A DNA stretch of 64,000 bases from Macrostomum lignano. Taxonomy: Eukaryota. The stretch spans positions 186,001-250,000 of the forward strand of contig NIVC01001237.1 in the NCBI GenBank assembly GCA_002269645.1, given 5' to 3'. A program made the position numbers and the translations under genes. Below the pieces are notes generated by a model. It saw nothing but the letters and a program-made list of their open reading frames with translations. It did no database searches and was not told the origin of the DNA. Of the stretch, positions 28,601-41,800 are shown piece after piece (position 1 is the stretch's first letter; each line of letters begins with the position of its first letter).

Positions 28601-30068
28601 TCGTCTCCTTGTCGGCCCGCACTATTGCAAAATGCGGCAAGAACCACAGGCCAGTCTGACTTTTGCGCTGATGCCGACTTCTTGCACATACCCTTTTGCT
28701 CGATGCTTGTCCATCACAGCCTGGTACACCTTCGCTAGCTCAGGGTCCTTCAGCACGCGCTTCTCTGTGCTGACGAGACGCTGTAGGGCGGCTTCTTTGT
28801 TCATAGGCGGCAGTTCTTCAGGATTCTTTTTCCAAGGAATCGCCAGTTGAAACTGGCCGTTCTCCATCTTCAAGGATGCTCGTGTCGTTTCTACGATCTT
28901 GCGCTCCTATTCTTGCTTGCTGTCCCCCGTCTGGCACTTCATCGATCTCCCACATCTTCCGCAGTAGATCCGATGCCTCGTTCTCCGCTGGCACCGTAAA
29001 GAATGTCTGCTTCTTCTTCTTCTTGTAGGAGAGTGAAGACCCTGAGCGACGGGGGGTCCAGCGGGTCGGTGGGGCTGAAGAGGCGTGCCAGCAGGCGACG
29101 TCCAGTGTGGTGTGCTGCTCGATGGGTCCCCGCTTTGAGTGCGAAGAGGCAAGTATAGCGAGGCTACTAGGGCGGTGGACGGCATTGCGGCAGTGATCAA
29201 GAGCAGCGAAAATGGCTGCAAGCTCGGCGGTAAAACTGCAGCAGTGAGCCCCGGCTGGTCGGCGGTTGCCGCCCTGATCGGGAATATCTGCTGCTGCTGC
29301 TGCTGCTGCTCTACTGCAGCTCCTGCTTGATTAACTGGCCCAAAGCAGGTCCATCCAATTGGTGTCAGTCTGGCAATTGGCTCTCCAGGTTGCCCACCTA
29401 CTTCGTGTAGGTCTGCATTGTCCACTCCGATGAGCATCCACAGTCTGCTTCCAACCAATTTTGTCGAACGGCACGCCCTTCAAATGAGCCCAACGCTTTG
29501 CTAGCAGGCTCCAATCTAAGGCTTCCATCCCGCCGGTCACTTTCTCGGCTTTCCCATTCAAAATCTCCTGCAACAGCTGCCAACCTTTCCATCTTCTTCT
29601 CCAGCTCGCGCTTCTGAGCTTCAAATTCTTTTTGCACTTTTCTCTGTAACTCTCCGACTTCCGGCCGCAGACTCCGTGCCGCCTCAACCTCCCTTTGCCT
29701 CATCTCTCTCTCCTCATAGCGCACCGTTTCTTCTTTCGCTTGCCACACCCTCTTCCGCAGCTCAGTCATCAAACTCACTACCTCACCGAAATTGCTTTCC
29801 AGCGTCTCCAGTTCCTTCACAGCTTGCATTTACGCGGGCAGATTTCCTCCGACCTCGTGCAGAACTTCTTGAATCGCGGCATTCACCTTCTCGTAGCTCT
29901 AGCCCAACTCTGCTCCGACCGAGCTTAGGGTCCTCAAAACCTAAATTCTAACACTTCTTAATAGCTTTCGTGGCCTTTAGTTGAGCAAGCCGGTTGCTCA
30001 CACCGAGAGCTGCCGCCGCAGTCTCCTCATCTTTAGCTGCTCCGGTTGCCAACCACGCTCTGCTACCA
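25688..30068 (-). mobile_element. Decayed BEL/Pao LTR-retrotransposon internal region (gag remnant, protease end, RT, RNase H, integrase, C-terminal domain), heavily frameshifted and deleted
   Basis: Fragments in BEL order: coiled-coil gag (29398-29829), LIGVDNADLH...PIARLTPIGWTC, LAIPWK...LVSTEKR, VFGVNCPPFLA...TYMDD (RT), FVDASQEAYGA (RNase H), VPTDLNPADAASRG, H-x4-H...CxxC integrase zinc finger, VDMGGP, YSDNG, PNHFL, GDVIFVIKADLPRGHWPLG...KLCYLE. Confidence 0.93.
30051..30068 (-). other. Primer-binding site of the BEL element (tRNA-iMet type)
   Basis: Minus strand reads TGGTAGCAGAGCGTGGTT, complementary to the 3' end (...CUCUGCUACCA) of initiator Met tRNA, and lies just upstream of the gag remnant. 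Confidence 0.75.
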
Positions 30069-30771
30069 GATAATTTGACGCTCTTCTCAATCATGCAAAA
30101 ATGAGTCTTCCCAATGCCTGATCATCTTTACGGCTACAGGCCTGTGACAAAATTAGCTAAACAAAACACTCACATGAACTCTCTCTCTCTCTCTGAAGCA
30201 AGGACCGCAACTTTATATTTGCGATCTTACCTAGCTAGCACTTACGTAAAATGTTGGGTGGCTGCAGCGCATGTAAAAACTCAGATAAATATAAATAAAT
30301 AAATATAGCTTCTCTTGCCAATAATTAGTTTCATACGCTCGTAAAACTGCAAAGTTGCGCATGCAGGAAATTTATTAACAATATTTTGTTCTTCGAGTTT
30401 GTGAGCTATCACGCATTAATTAATTACAAGAAATTAATCGCATCATGGACCTGCACAAGCTCTCGAGGTAACGTGATTAATGAAGTTAATTAACTATAGT
30501 AATCGTGTTGGGTCTAGTCAAACAGGCTTTGATGCTTGTTTGCCTGGGATCAATATATTAGTCCGTCCGTCAGTCACATTATTTAAGCAGCGTATAAAGG
30601 CAACGTAGACCCAACGCAGAGCAAACAATACGAGTACCTAAATCAGTAGACTTAGCCATTATTTGAGTGCCAAACAATAAGATCATTGTGATTTGATGCT
30701 CCGGCAATTCCGCATAAAAGATTGCTTCTTTTTTGCATCAAGCTGCAATTCAGGGGGTTATTAGCACAAAA

Positions 30772-32652
30772 ATGAGCTCGAAACAGCGAAACAGAGTTGA
30801 GGCGATTCCAAATCAGTCGCAAGACGCTAACTCCACTCCAGAAGACATCTGGAACTTCATCAGTGAGGATCAATGGCCAATCCTAGTGGCCGCCCTGCTG
30901 ACTGACAATGCTGAGAAGCTCCGTCGTTTAATAGAAAGTTCTGGCATCGATTGGCGCCGCTTTCTGGCCAGCAACGACACCAAAGGCCGGAAACGACACT
31001 GTCCGAAACGGTTCCGATCGTACGATAGGACGATTCGAGTCAGCAGACTTTTGATGAGTCATCCTTATCCCTCGAATCCTTTCCTGTTGGCGGTGATGTA
31101 CGATGCCAGGAATTGCTGTCAGCTCATGAGAGAGACAACAGAAGGCCTCGAGCTGAGCTCCATCACTGAGATCGGCTTCACGTCCTACCATACGCTGTTC
31201 GCTGGTTTGGACATCATGAAGGCTGAGAATGAACCGATAGACATCCTGCAGTCCAGGTCTCAAGACTATCTAAAATATTTCTTAAACCATTTTTTCTCAA
31301 CCACGGAGGTCACGTGGATGTCAACTGTGCGGAACACGTTTCACATGCGACCGCTCGAATGGGGCATCTACTGCGGCTACGTGGACATCGTTGACGAACT
31401 GCTCTACCGGTCGCACGTTGCGGTAGTCCATTGCGACATGTCCGGCCTAATGGAACACGTGGAAATGGACTTTACAGAAGTTGTTACCACGGAAGCCGAG
31501 CGCTCCGTTGCCCTGCTATCCGTCATTTCCGAGGTATTCGGCGAGTCTCGAGTGTCGGAACTGGGCGTATTCCGCAGGCCGCTGGTCTTGGCGCCACTCG
31601 TGGACGAGTCCTTTTCGCGGCATCGCTTCACAATGGCTTTGCTCTGTCTGTTCACTTTATTAGATCCAAGCCTTCTATTGGGAAGTTGCGACGCCGAGTA
31701 CCGGAACTTTGTAGCCACCGCCTGCTGTTGGCCTCGATTTCCGCGTCCTCGATTCTTTCTGACCGTTCGATGCGTATTGATGACTGTCAGAATGTTGACG
31801 CTTTTCACCAGTCTGTTGGGTCGCCTGCGCAAGAATTCCTATCGTAGTCGGGTTGGATTTCCGGACACGCCAAGAAAAGCTGACAGAGACAGTCTGGTGT
31901 GGATGGTGTCAATCTGTCTCAGCATTATCACCGATGTGTCGCTGATCGCCCTGCTGAGCAGCCCGGACACTGCTTGCAGCCTGTTCGGAGCGGACAGCTA
32001 CAGACCGTTTGCTGGCAGTCTTGTGCTGATCGACCTGCTTCTGCTGGTGTGCATCCTGATGACCAACGCCAGACTGTTGCCAGTGGTGTCGAAATTCTTC
32101 AACAGTTTCTATCGCAGCTTTGCAATGTTTGCTAACTTCATCATCATCTACCTGCTGATGCTGGTCACCTTCTCGCGAATATTTCAAGTCGTAGAACGCT
32201 CCGTTCAATCGTCGTCAACCAGGGTTTGCTTCAACAACACGGTAGCTGAAGTCAGTCTGCAGGATAGCGACGCTTTCTCGGCAATCTACCGAACTTTTCT
32301 ACTGACGCTGAATGTGTTCGATACGACAGCGTTTCAACCGACTCTGGATCGGACAGATCTGATTCTGGCTCACATGGCGTTCATTCTGCTAGTGCCAGTA
32401 ATGTTCATCAACTTTGTAGTTGGCGTTCTGTCCTCCGTCGTTGGCACCACCATGCAGTTTGACGTCGAATGCCGATATCTGTTGAAGCTCAGCTTCTCCG
32501 AGTACTGCGAGACGACTCTGTTTTGGCTGTTCAAACTCTGGGAACTGGTGGCGGGCAAGAGGCGTCTGGTACTGTCGATCTGCCGGCCGCTAACTAAAAA
32601 TAGCAGGAGCGTCTGCAACCAGATTGACTCGCCAGAATATGCGTGTGTGTAA
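30772..32652 (+). CDS. Intronless divergent TRP-family (TRPV-like) cation channel, ~626 aa
   Basis: Single 1.9-kb ORF. Degenerate ankyrin-like segments (NPFLLAVMYDARNCC, RPLEWGIYCGYVDIVDELL), about six hydrophobic segments, S5-like FANFIIIYLLMLVTFSRIF, pore-helix-like FSAIYRTFLLTL, S6-like FILLVPVMFINFVVGVLS. ATG at 30772 preferred over the non-ATG start at 30733. Confidence 0.7.
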   Translation: MSSKQRNRVEAIPNQSQDANSTPEDIWNFISEDQWPILVAALLTDNAEKLRRLIESSGIDWRRFLASNDTKGRKRHCPKRFRSYDRTIRVSRLLMSHPYPSNPFLLAVMYDARNCCQLMRETTEGLELSSITEIGFTSYHTLFAGLDIMKAENEPIDILQSRSQDYLKYFLNHFFSTTEVTWMSTVRNTFHMRPLEWGIYCGYVDIVDELLYRSHVAVVHCDMSGLMEHVEMDFTEVVTTEAERSVALLSVISEVFGESRVSELGVFRRPLVLAPLVDESFSRHRFTMALLCLFTLLDPSLLLGSCDAEYRNFVATACCWPRFPRPRFFLTVRCVLMTVRMLTLFTSLLGRLRKNSYRSRVGFPDTPRKADRDSLVWMVSICLSIITDVSLIALLSSPDTACSLFGADSYRPFAGSLVLIDLLLLVCILMTNARLLPVVSKFFNSFYRSFAMFANFIIIYLLMLVTFSRIFQVVERSVQSSSTRVCFNNTVAEVSLQDSDAFSAIYRTFLLTLNVFDTTAFQPTLDRTDLILAHMAFILLVPVMFINFVVGVLSSVVGTTMQFDVECRYLLKLSFSEYCETTLFWLFKLWELVAGKRRLVLSICRPLTKNSRSVCNQIDSPEYACV

Positions 32653-32859
32653 CATTTCGAGCGTACAGAAATTAGCGTTTGCATGCATGGATAAAAAAGT
32701 GTAAGCTAGATTTTATCAGCATGTTCATTTGCATAGAATGTTGAACATAAAATAGACAAGAAGAATGCAAGAAGAAGAGCAAGAGCCTTAAACAGTTTGC
32801 TTTGGCTTGCAGTCTGTGGGAGTGTAGCTTGAAATTTCGACCTGTTTGCTTGTTGATTG

Positions 32860-33195
32860 ACTTTATTGTCTATGGCCGAGTGCAGTTCTGTGACAGTGGC
32901 TTTGATTGAATTTATTGTCTATGGCCGAGTGCAGTTCTGTGACAGTGACTTTGATTGGCTTTATTGTCTATGGCCGAGTGCAGTTCTATGACAGTGACTT
33001 TGATTGGCTTTATTGCCTATGGCCGAGTGCAGTTCTGTGACAGTGGCTTTGATTGGCTTTATTGTCTATGGCCGAGTGCAGTTCTGTGGCAGTGTGGCTT
33101 TGATTGGCTTTATTGCCTATGGCCGAGTGCAGTTCTGTGACAGTGGCTTTGATTGGCTTTATTGTCTATGGCCGAGTGCATGCAGTTCTGTGACG
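32860..33195. repeat. 49-bp minisatellite, ~6.5 copies
   Basis: Unit TTTATTGTCTATGGCCGAGTGCAGTTCTGTGACAGTGGCTTTGATTGGC. Confidence 0.93.
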
Positions 33196-33967
33196 TGGAA
33201 TCTGCTTTTCTCCTCAACAATACTGAGCAGCAAGCAGACCTGCTGCTGTCTTTGATCAACATTTAAATGCTCGGGAATCTGCTTTTTTCCCAACAGCCAT
33301 GACGTTTGTTTGCATTTGTTTGTGTTAGTGCAGATGCAATACGTGGTTCAGCTCTTTGGAGAAGTTGCTGTTATCTGTGGCAAAGCATGAGAGCAGCCAA
33401 AATGAAAACTCATCCCAGCTTTATCTGTCTTTGACATGACACAGAGCTAGCAGCTTCCGTTGGAAATGAAACTTCACCGGAAAGCTTACAAAAAGTGCTT
33501 GCTGCTGATTTGTAGAGTTCTAATTGAGTTCGTATCCAATTTGAGTGGAAGTTCCGATCCACGATGTTGAAAATTGCCCTTTTTGAGACACCCGTTATAA
33601 AATGTAGCAATATATAGTACATGTACACGTATGGTCTTATTAATAACGTACAAGTTAATTTGTGAACTTAATTAATTGCACGGGATACGGTGAACCCACA
33701 ACAGCCGACTGCACTCTGCTGTTGAGACTGCACTGCACTGCATACGTACATTACCTAAGCAGAATTCTGCCAGACCTTATTTATAGCTTGGAAATACGAG
33801 TACATGTAGCGAACACATACATGCAATAATTCTCAAAACTTCTCAAATTTATAACATTCTTATGTATTAAAAATTCTAAATATACATGCATTTATAATCA
33901 ATTTTTGTGCAAGACGTGGTGCATGTTCATGTATGTGGCAGTGCAAAAATCAACAAAGGCCCGAGAA

Positions 33968-34005
<38 letters not shown>

Positions 34006-34708
34006 CAGAGCGAACGTATAGTACATACATTAAAGGCGATACAATTATTCAGCTAAATATATGTCATAGTTTATTTCTACCAGTTTAATAACTGCAACTA
34101 AGGCAAGTATAATAAACCATTAATATTAAGAACGAACATATATAGTTTTTGGTTTTTTTCGCTCAAGTGTTAAATGGTGTTTTGGTTCATTAGCACAAAG
34201 GTATTAACTTTTGGTAGATACTCGTATAAGTATTTTTTTACTCACACACGTTATTTTCTCCTATACATGTATATCAAAGTAAATTATGTTACTGCCGTAA
34301 CAACAGCCAAAGAATTTAACTTAGCTAACGGCTACAATTGACAGAACAAAGTATGGATTTATTAAAGTAAAACAAAATAACTATGAAAACTTGCATTCTG
34401 TGTTATACATAAGCTTCCATATTACAATAAGATTAAGTGTTTAATAAGTTAACAAAAACTCTAAAGGCTGTTTTAATAAATTCAAATTTAACGCTGTTTG
34501 TCCTACGTATTTGTAGCTACTGTTTTCTATGAAACAATGATCTGCAATAAAGTAATTTACTTTCACTTCAATACTTTGCATGCTTAAATTGGCTTACAGA
34601 ATCACGCAACTATGAATCACCGACTCCATTTTTTGGACCAAAATTTTGCACTATTATTGACTTGCTTGACTGACTTCATATATGCCAGTATATATTGCTA
34701 AAAAAAGC

Positions 34709-34894
34709 AGTAGCGCAACCAGAAATTTTTTGAGGGGGGGCGGATTCTGGAAGGTAAAGTCCCGGGAGGGGGGGGGGCGGAGGGGAGGCTCTGTTTTTGG
34801 CGAAAATTCGCTTGGTCCCCCCTTCGATTTTTTTTGGGTCTCCGCCTAAGGGTGGGGGGCGACCGCCCCCCGCCCCCCCCTGGTTGCGCCACTG
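34709..34894. mobile_element. 186-bp hAT-like MITE
   Basis: TIR CAGTAGCGCAACCAG / CTGGTTGCGCCACTG (14/15) with an 8-bp direct repeat AAAAAAAG on both sides. Confidence 0.85.
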
Positions 34895-37800
34895 AAAAAA
34901 AGGGAGGACCTACTCTTGCATTATTCAACTCATCAATGACAAAGCTAATAATGGTATATATGATATATAATATAATATATATAAATAAAATAATAAAATA
35001 ATAATAATAAAATAATAAATAATATATCAAGTCTATATATATATTCCTATATAATATTAATAAGGTAGACTAAATTTATACAAATAGGTTAAGGTGGCAA
35101 TCCTACACTTCTGTTCGGTAAATTATTTTGACACTGAATTTTGAACAGGCGTGTTAAATAACAATGTAACCAAACGACCCAGTGGCCCTCGCGCCAGGCC
35201 CCCTGATGGTCATCATCAGCCCCCTGATGATGAACCCAGGTGCTGCAGGTTGCCCAGCCATGGCACTGAAGACAGGAAGATATGAGAAATTGAAGCTCAA
35301 AAAACAAGCAGCTCACAAGCAACAGCTCCCTTAAACTGACACCCCCTTAAACTCTGTTCGCTCAAACTTTTGGCCATAGACACATTGCCAATTGACGTCA
35401 TTTGACTCAGTGGTACGAATTCAAATGTCAAAATAATTTACCAAACGGAAGTATAGGATTGCCGTTAAGGTCATTAAAGGCATATTTATTTCTATATTGA
35501 GCCCAATCAAATATAGCAAATAGAAAAACATTTTTTAAGACAATTAGCATTGCCATTAGCTATTGCTAATAAAGAACTTGTCAATATGTTGAAAAAGCAT
35601 GTTTGATTCTTTATCAGCCATGGTCTTCTAGCTATAGCTAATAGTTGATAAAATGGTATCTTTTTCACTTTTATTGAACTAATTCATCTAGAGCAAAACT
35701 TTTTAGTAAAAGGAGTTGACAAAATATGCTTTAATAAATAAACTGATTTTAAGTTAATATTTAAAAAGTTGCTTAGATATCAAAATATAGGTATTTGTTT
35801 ATTATTAGCTATACTATGTATATACTAAGTATTCAAAGTATATTCCAAAATTTCTAATATATGCTTTTTGCATAATATAACTTTTTAAATAGAATGTTAT
35901 CTTCTTAACTAGGCCTTATAAGCCTAAGAGCCAAGGCTTTATAATATTACATTGTCTATAATTGATAATAATTATATAATATTAATAGGCTAGTGTGAAT
36001 TGTTTTGTTTGGGATAAAGGAAAGATCTTTAGAAAATTTACCACTTAATTTTAAGTATTATATATTTTTTAAAGTTGTTTTATTAGAAAAGATTTATAAA
36101 GATAAGTGAATAAATTTTGGTATATAATAAGTTATTAAAAATTAAGTTAGTAAAAATGTTATTGTTTTTATTGCTAATTATTTTTAATAGTTGCCTAATG
36201 TCACGTTAGTGGCATGGTGACTATAACCCTTAAAAGGGTCATTTTGACGAGAATTGTTGATAAGTCGTTGTAGTCCAAAAGTAATTGTGAAGTCAATTCT
36301 TGCGAAGCGGATTGTGTAGCAGAGCACTTGGCGTATAAAGGCAGGGAACTGCCGTAGCTAATTTATTGTCAAGATCAATATTATAATTGGTTAATGTCAA
36401 TACAAAGCTTATAGCGTTCTGGGGCACTGGCGGCTGCAACAATAATTGATGTAATTAGAATATGAAGTCAAGTAGCTGACGAAGGATGCAATGGCGACAC
36501 GATGTGGTAAGTGATGGCGGTGAGCACAGTGATGGCAGTGAGTAGCAAGTAGACAGGCAGATGAGTAGTGGCGAGATTGGGCGTTAGCCCGTGGCAGTAC
36601 ACAGTGGAGTAAGAGTGTGTAAACAGGCTGGCCCAGACAGAGGAGCCATGGCGAGAGATAAGGAGGCTCGCAGCAGCTGGGAGAGAGAAGGAAAACACGA
36701 GGCCAGGACAGAAGGAGAGAAAAACCCCCCAGGCTGCCGCTAGGCAGGGGTTAATAAAGGAGCGCAGGAGGGTTAACATAATGTATGCGGAGAGTTTTCA
36801 TTGGCTGGCAAGAGAAAAACAAGAAACTGAAATTATTGATCACGCGAGACACTACAGACGTATGCAAATATTACAAAGTATGCAGTGATTTAGCAATTGA
36901 TACAGGTTTGTTACACGCTACTACAAGTAAACGTGAGAATACACAATTGGAAATTTTAAATGAGAAATTGTAGGGAAATTGTAGTCCAATGGCCCTTTTG
37001 TGGGACCACTTTGAACTGGCAACGTCACACCTAATGATTGTAAAATTAATCTCAATTTTAATAATCTTATAGGCCTAAAAACATCAGTTTAAGGGCTTGT
37101 GACGATTATGATAATATAGTCATAGGATCAAATGATGAAGACAAATAATGGAGGCAATTGGTGTAGCGGTAGCACTTAGACTTAATACAGTTGATACAAT
37201 GGTGATATGATGGTGATTATTTATTATGGTTAAATAGGCTTGCTCACTATAGATTCCAGTTAGCAATAAAGAGTATGACTGGGCCTGATTAGAAGCTGAA
37301 TCCAAAAGTTGGTACTTTGGGCACTGCAGCAGGCAACAAAATGGTGATGGATAGCTAAATAGGCTATGGTGATGGAGTGGTAATAATATGATGGCAATGA
37401 GATAGAGGCAGCACTCACTTTGGCAAGGAACTTGGCAGAGTGAACTTGGTAGAGATGGGGAGAGAGAGAGAGAGAGAGTAGAAAACAAAAGAGGGTCTAA
37501 CCCCAGGTGCCCTAGCCAGACAGGACTGATAACAAGCAGGCTAGGGGTGGGCACACAAGGAAAGCTTAATTTTAGGCTGGCATAAAATATGCGCAGCCTT
37601 TCTATTGGCCAGTGAGAAAACCAACTTGAAAACAGAAATTATTGATTGAATTGTACATAGGCCTTACGAATGTTGTGCAATGTTGTTAAAATTCTTTGGG
37701 CGTTACTATAAACAGATGTTAGAGTATGAGACTATCTAAATGACATCAAATTAGTAATATTATAAAATGGCACTGCTTTTGTTAAAATGGCCCTTGTCAG

Positions 37801-38892
37801 GGCCACCTTTACTGACAATGTCATAGGCTTTTATATTAAATAAAGTTACATGGAGTATTCTATAAGTCTTTTTCTTATTGAGTATAGCTTTAGCTATAGA
37901 AATCTAATTGGAAAGCAGTTTTTGAAAGCTAGTTGAACCTTTACATAAGTTTTTTTAATTCTAATAGAGTCATTTACTACATTATCTAATTTTGCACTAA
38001 ATGCCATGTTTTATAATGAAGGTGTTTGTTACTAGAAAAAAAATAGCTTTTTGCAGATATCAATTTATTTAAACCCAGTGCTTTGAAAAAAAAACAAATA
38101 CAATCCACTTTGGTAACAGCCACTTCAGTAACAAAGCAGATTTGCAACTATCAACACTATATCTTTATAGTAGTTAGGCCTAACTTTAGCAATAATTAAT
38201 TTAATAATTAGCATTTTAAATTTTTATTGTCACATATGGTTTAATTTTCTAGCTAAGCTACATTATAATCTGTTCAAATTTGCACATTAACTTTCAAAGT
38301 GCATTTTGAAACTTAAAATATTGTAAGTAATTAATGAAAAAGAAAGTAGATTCTGTAATTTCAAGTTGCTAACTCAGAGATTCTAATGTGTACAATATTT
38401 GGTCAAGTATAGGATGTCTTTGTTGCATGCATCTAGTGCACCCAGTTATTAAAAAAAGATTAGTTAAAATGCTTAAATAAGTAGTTTTCTGCATCAATCA
38501 AAATCTCTCAAAGTGTGCAAGAATGTATCTCAATTATTTTTGTCTTTCTTTCATTAAGTTTATTAGCACAGTCTTTTGGAGCATATCAATCAATATATAC
38601 TTCTATTGTCACTTGTTACCAAAGTGGACTGTTACCAAAAAACTCTTATAGCTCAGAAGAAACTGTTTTGCAATCAGACCTCTATAATCTGAGCTATATT
38701 CAAAAGAGAAGGGGCTAATGGAACACATCTTAATAATAGATCATTATATTGATTGCATATATCTAAAATGGATCCTATTCAACCACTAAAATAAATCATT
38801 AGATCCCAACAGAAATTAGGTCCTGATCCGATCCAACCTTTAAAAATTTTTTTTCATGTTATTGTAAATGATTCTTTTGAAGTTCATCAGCC

Positions 38893-41800
38893 ATGGCATC
38901 TGAAGAAAAAACTACATTTGAATACCAGGTATGTTTATTTATCTTAGTTGTTATGCACCAGGGGTTGGAAAACTCTGGCCCATGGGCCACATGCAGCCCA
39001 CCAAGCCTCTCTATTTGGCCCTTGGATCCTTTGAAACTTCACAATAGCAATCCGGCCCGTTAAATGTTGGTGTTTCTTTTTAGCTCCTTTCTCCTTTCTC
39101 TCTCCCTTCTCTCCTCCCTTCTCTCCCTTCTCCCTTCTCTCCCCTCCCTTCTCCCCTCTCCTCTCCCCTCACCTATCCTTTCTCTCTCTCCCTTCTCACC
39201 TCTCCCTTCTCTCCTCTCCCTTCTCCCCTCTACTTTCTCTCCTCTCCCTTCTCTCTCCCCTCTTTCCTCTCCCTTCTCTTTTCTCCTCTCCCTTCTCTCT
39301 TCTACCTTCTCTCCTCTCCCTTCTCTCCCCTCCTTTCTCCCCTCTCTCTTCTCTCCTTTCCCTTCTCCCTTCTCCCTTCTTTCCCCTCCCTTCTCTCCCC
39401 TACCTTCTCTTCCCTCCCTTCTCCCCTCTCTCTTCTCTCCTTCCCCTTCTCCATTCTCTCCCCTCCCTTCTTCCCTCTCTCTTCTCTCCTCTCTCTTCTC
39501 TCTTCTCCCTTCTCTCCCTTCCCTTCTCCTTTCTCCTCTCCCTTCTCTCCCTTCCCTTCTCCTTTCTCCTCTCCCTTCTCTCCCTTCCCTTCTCTCCCCT
39601 CCCTTCTCTCCTCTCCCTTCTCCTTTCTCCTCTTCCTTCTCTCCTCTCGCTTCTCTCCTCTCCTTTCTCTTGTCCCTGCTACCCTCTCTCCTCTTCTCTC
39701 TTGTCTTTTCGTTCTTCCTTTCCCTTCCTAGATTCTATATCTGGGCCTCGAGGTAATAAAGTTTGCCAACCCCTTTATACACAATTGCTTTTAATAATTA
39801 GTTTTCTATACACATATCGGCAATCGCAATTTTAACCAACAGGTGACGGACAGCGACACGTTGAACAGTGTAGCCGCTCGGTTTGACACAACCCCCGGCG
39901 AAATTCGCTGCTTGAATCGGCATCGACTAAACAGCGGCCTCCTGTATCCGGGCCTTCGCTTGGCAGTGCCGCAGCATGGCAGCAAGAATTCGGAGAACAA
40001 AGCCGAAGCAGATAGAGATGATCAGCCCGATGCTCAGTTGTCAAGGCCGCCAAGATTTGTTCGAGCCAATGCTAGATTAGTAACCCGTTGCGAAGGCGTT
40101 GCTACGGGCTGCTTATTGGTGACGCCGAATAGCTTGCTGTTCCAACCGTCTCTATCTGATCCGCTGGTTGTTGACCGAGGGCCCGAGCCTTACTGTGTTG
40201 CTAGGCCGTTAGCCGGCCTGGCCTACTTGTCTGCCTACACCAGCCCCGAACTGATTGCTACCAGACCTGAGGATCGGCCAGCCCAATCCCAGTTCGAATA
40301 TCAGCCTGGTCAAGATTTAACCAGCGAAAATCAATCAATGCCTTTGTATCTGTGCTTTGGTTGTAGAAAAATTGAACAGGATTGTCATAATAATAAAACT
40401 GCTACTAATAGTAGTGCACCGGTAGACGAGTTCTGGTTTACGGCTAGACCGACAGATGCTGACGCTTTGTTAATGTTTGCGGAAATGCATTGCGGAATTG
40501 GCAAGCACAGTAATAAGAGGCCAAGAAAGAAGCATAGGAATAATGTGAGTAGCTTATTAACTCGTGTTTCAATAAAATTGCATTTTTATATTCAACTTTT
40601 TGTTGAAACTAAATCTTGAAGACATGAAGGTTCCGGAGTCGCTTAATGAAGGATCTGAAGGTTTAAGAGTAAAGAGACTGAAGTTTCAGGAGTGAAGGAT
40701 CTGAAGTTTCAGGAGTGAAGGATCTGAAGTTTCAGGAGTAAAGGATTTGAAGGTTCAGGAGTGAAGGGTCTGAAGGTTCAGGAGTGAAGAGACTGAAGTT
40801 TCAGGAGTGAAGGGTCTGAAGGTTCAGGAGCGAAGGGACTGAATGTTCAGGAGTGAAGAATCTGAATGTTCAGGAGTGAAGGATCTGAATGTTCAGGAGC
40901 GAACGGACTGAATGTTCAGGAGTGAAGGGACTGAAGGTTCAGGAGCGAAGGGACTGAATGTTCAGGAGTGAAGGGACTGAATGTTCAGAAGTGAAGAATC
41001 TGAATGTTCAGGAGTGAAGGGACTGAATGTTCAGGAGTGAAGGATCTGAAGGTTCAGAAGCGAAGGGACTGAATGTTCAGGAGTGAAGAATTTGAATGTT
41101 CTGGAGTGAAGGGACTGAATGTTCAGGAGTGAAGGGACTGAATGTTCAGAAGTGAAGAATCTGAATGTTCAGAAGTGAAGAATCTGGATGTTCAGGAGTG
41201 AAGGATCTGAATGGTCAGGAGTGAAGGATCTGAAGGTTCAGGAGCGAAGGGACTGAATGTTCAGGAGTGAAGGGACTGAATGTTCAGAAGTGAAGAATCT
41301 GAATGTTCAGAAGTGAAGAATCTGGATGTTCAGGAGTGAAGGATCTGAATGTTTAGGTGTAAAGGGACTGAAGGTTCAGTAGTAAAGCGCCTGGAGGTTC
41401 AGGAGTAAAGCGCCCGAAGGTTCAGGAGTAAAGCGCCCGAAGGTTCAGGAGTAAAGCGCCTGAAGGTTCAGGAGTAAAGCGCCTGAAGGTTCAGGAGTAA
41501 AGCGCCGGAAGGTTCAGGAGTAAAGCGCCTGAAGGTTCAGGAGTAAAGCGCCCGAAGGTTCAGGAGTAAAGCGCCCGAAGGTTCAGGAGTAAAGCGCCCG
41601 AAGGTTCAGGAGTAAAGCGCCTGAAGGTTTAGGAGTAAAGCACCTGAAGGTTCAGGAGTAAAGCGCCTGAAGGTTCAGGAGTAAAGCGCCTGAAGGTTCA
41701 GGAGTAAAGCGCCTGAAGGTTCAGGAGTAAAGCGCCCGAAGGTTCAGGAGTAAAGCGCCCGAAGGTTCAGGAGTAAAGCGCCCGAAGGTTCAGGAGTAAA

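Noticed and set aside
26000-29900. Frameshifts in the BEL pol as programmed recoding
   Set aside because: They are too numerous, come with in-frame stops and deletions, and indicate pseudogenisation.
25680-30475. 11-bp match CTCGAGGTAAC at ~25691 and ~30463 as a possible LTR or tandem-element junction
   Set aside because: Similarity does not extend into the flanks, so it is consistent with chance.
31404-32684. Antisense and alternate-frame ORFs overlapping the TRP, NAGPA (58448-58830) and eEF1A (62753-63727) coding regions
   Set aside because: Expected shadow ORFs of GC-rich, codon-biased coding sequence.
36420-37560. Two weakly similar GA/GT-rich segments (36420-36780, 37310-37560) and ORFs 36468-36779 and 37120-37554
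   Set aside because: Similarity is patchy, probably an old repeat, and the ORFs look compositionally random.
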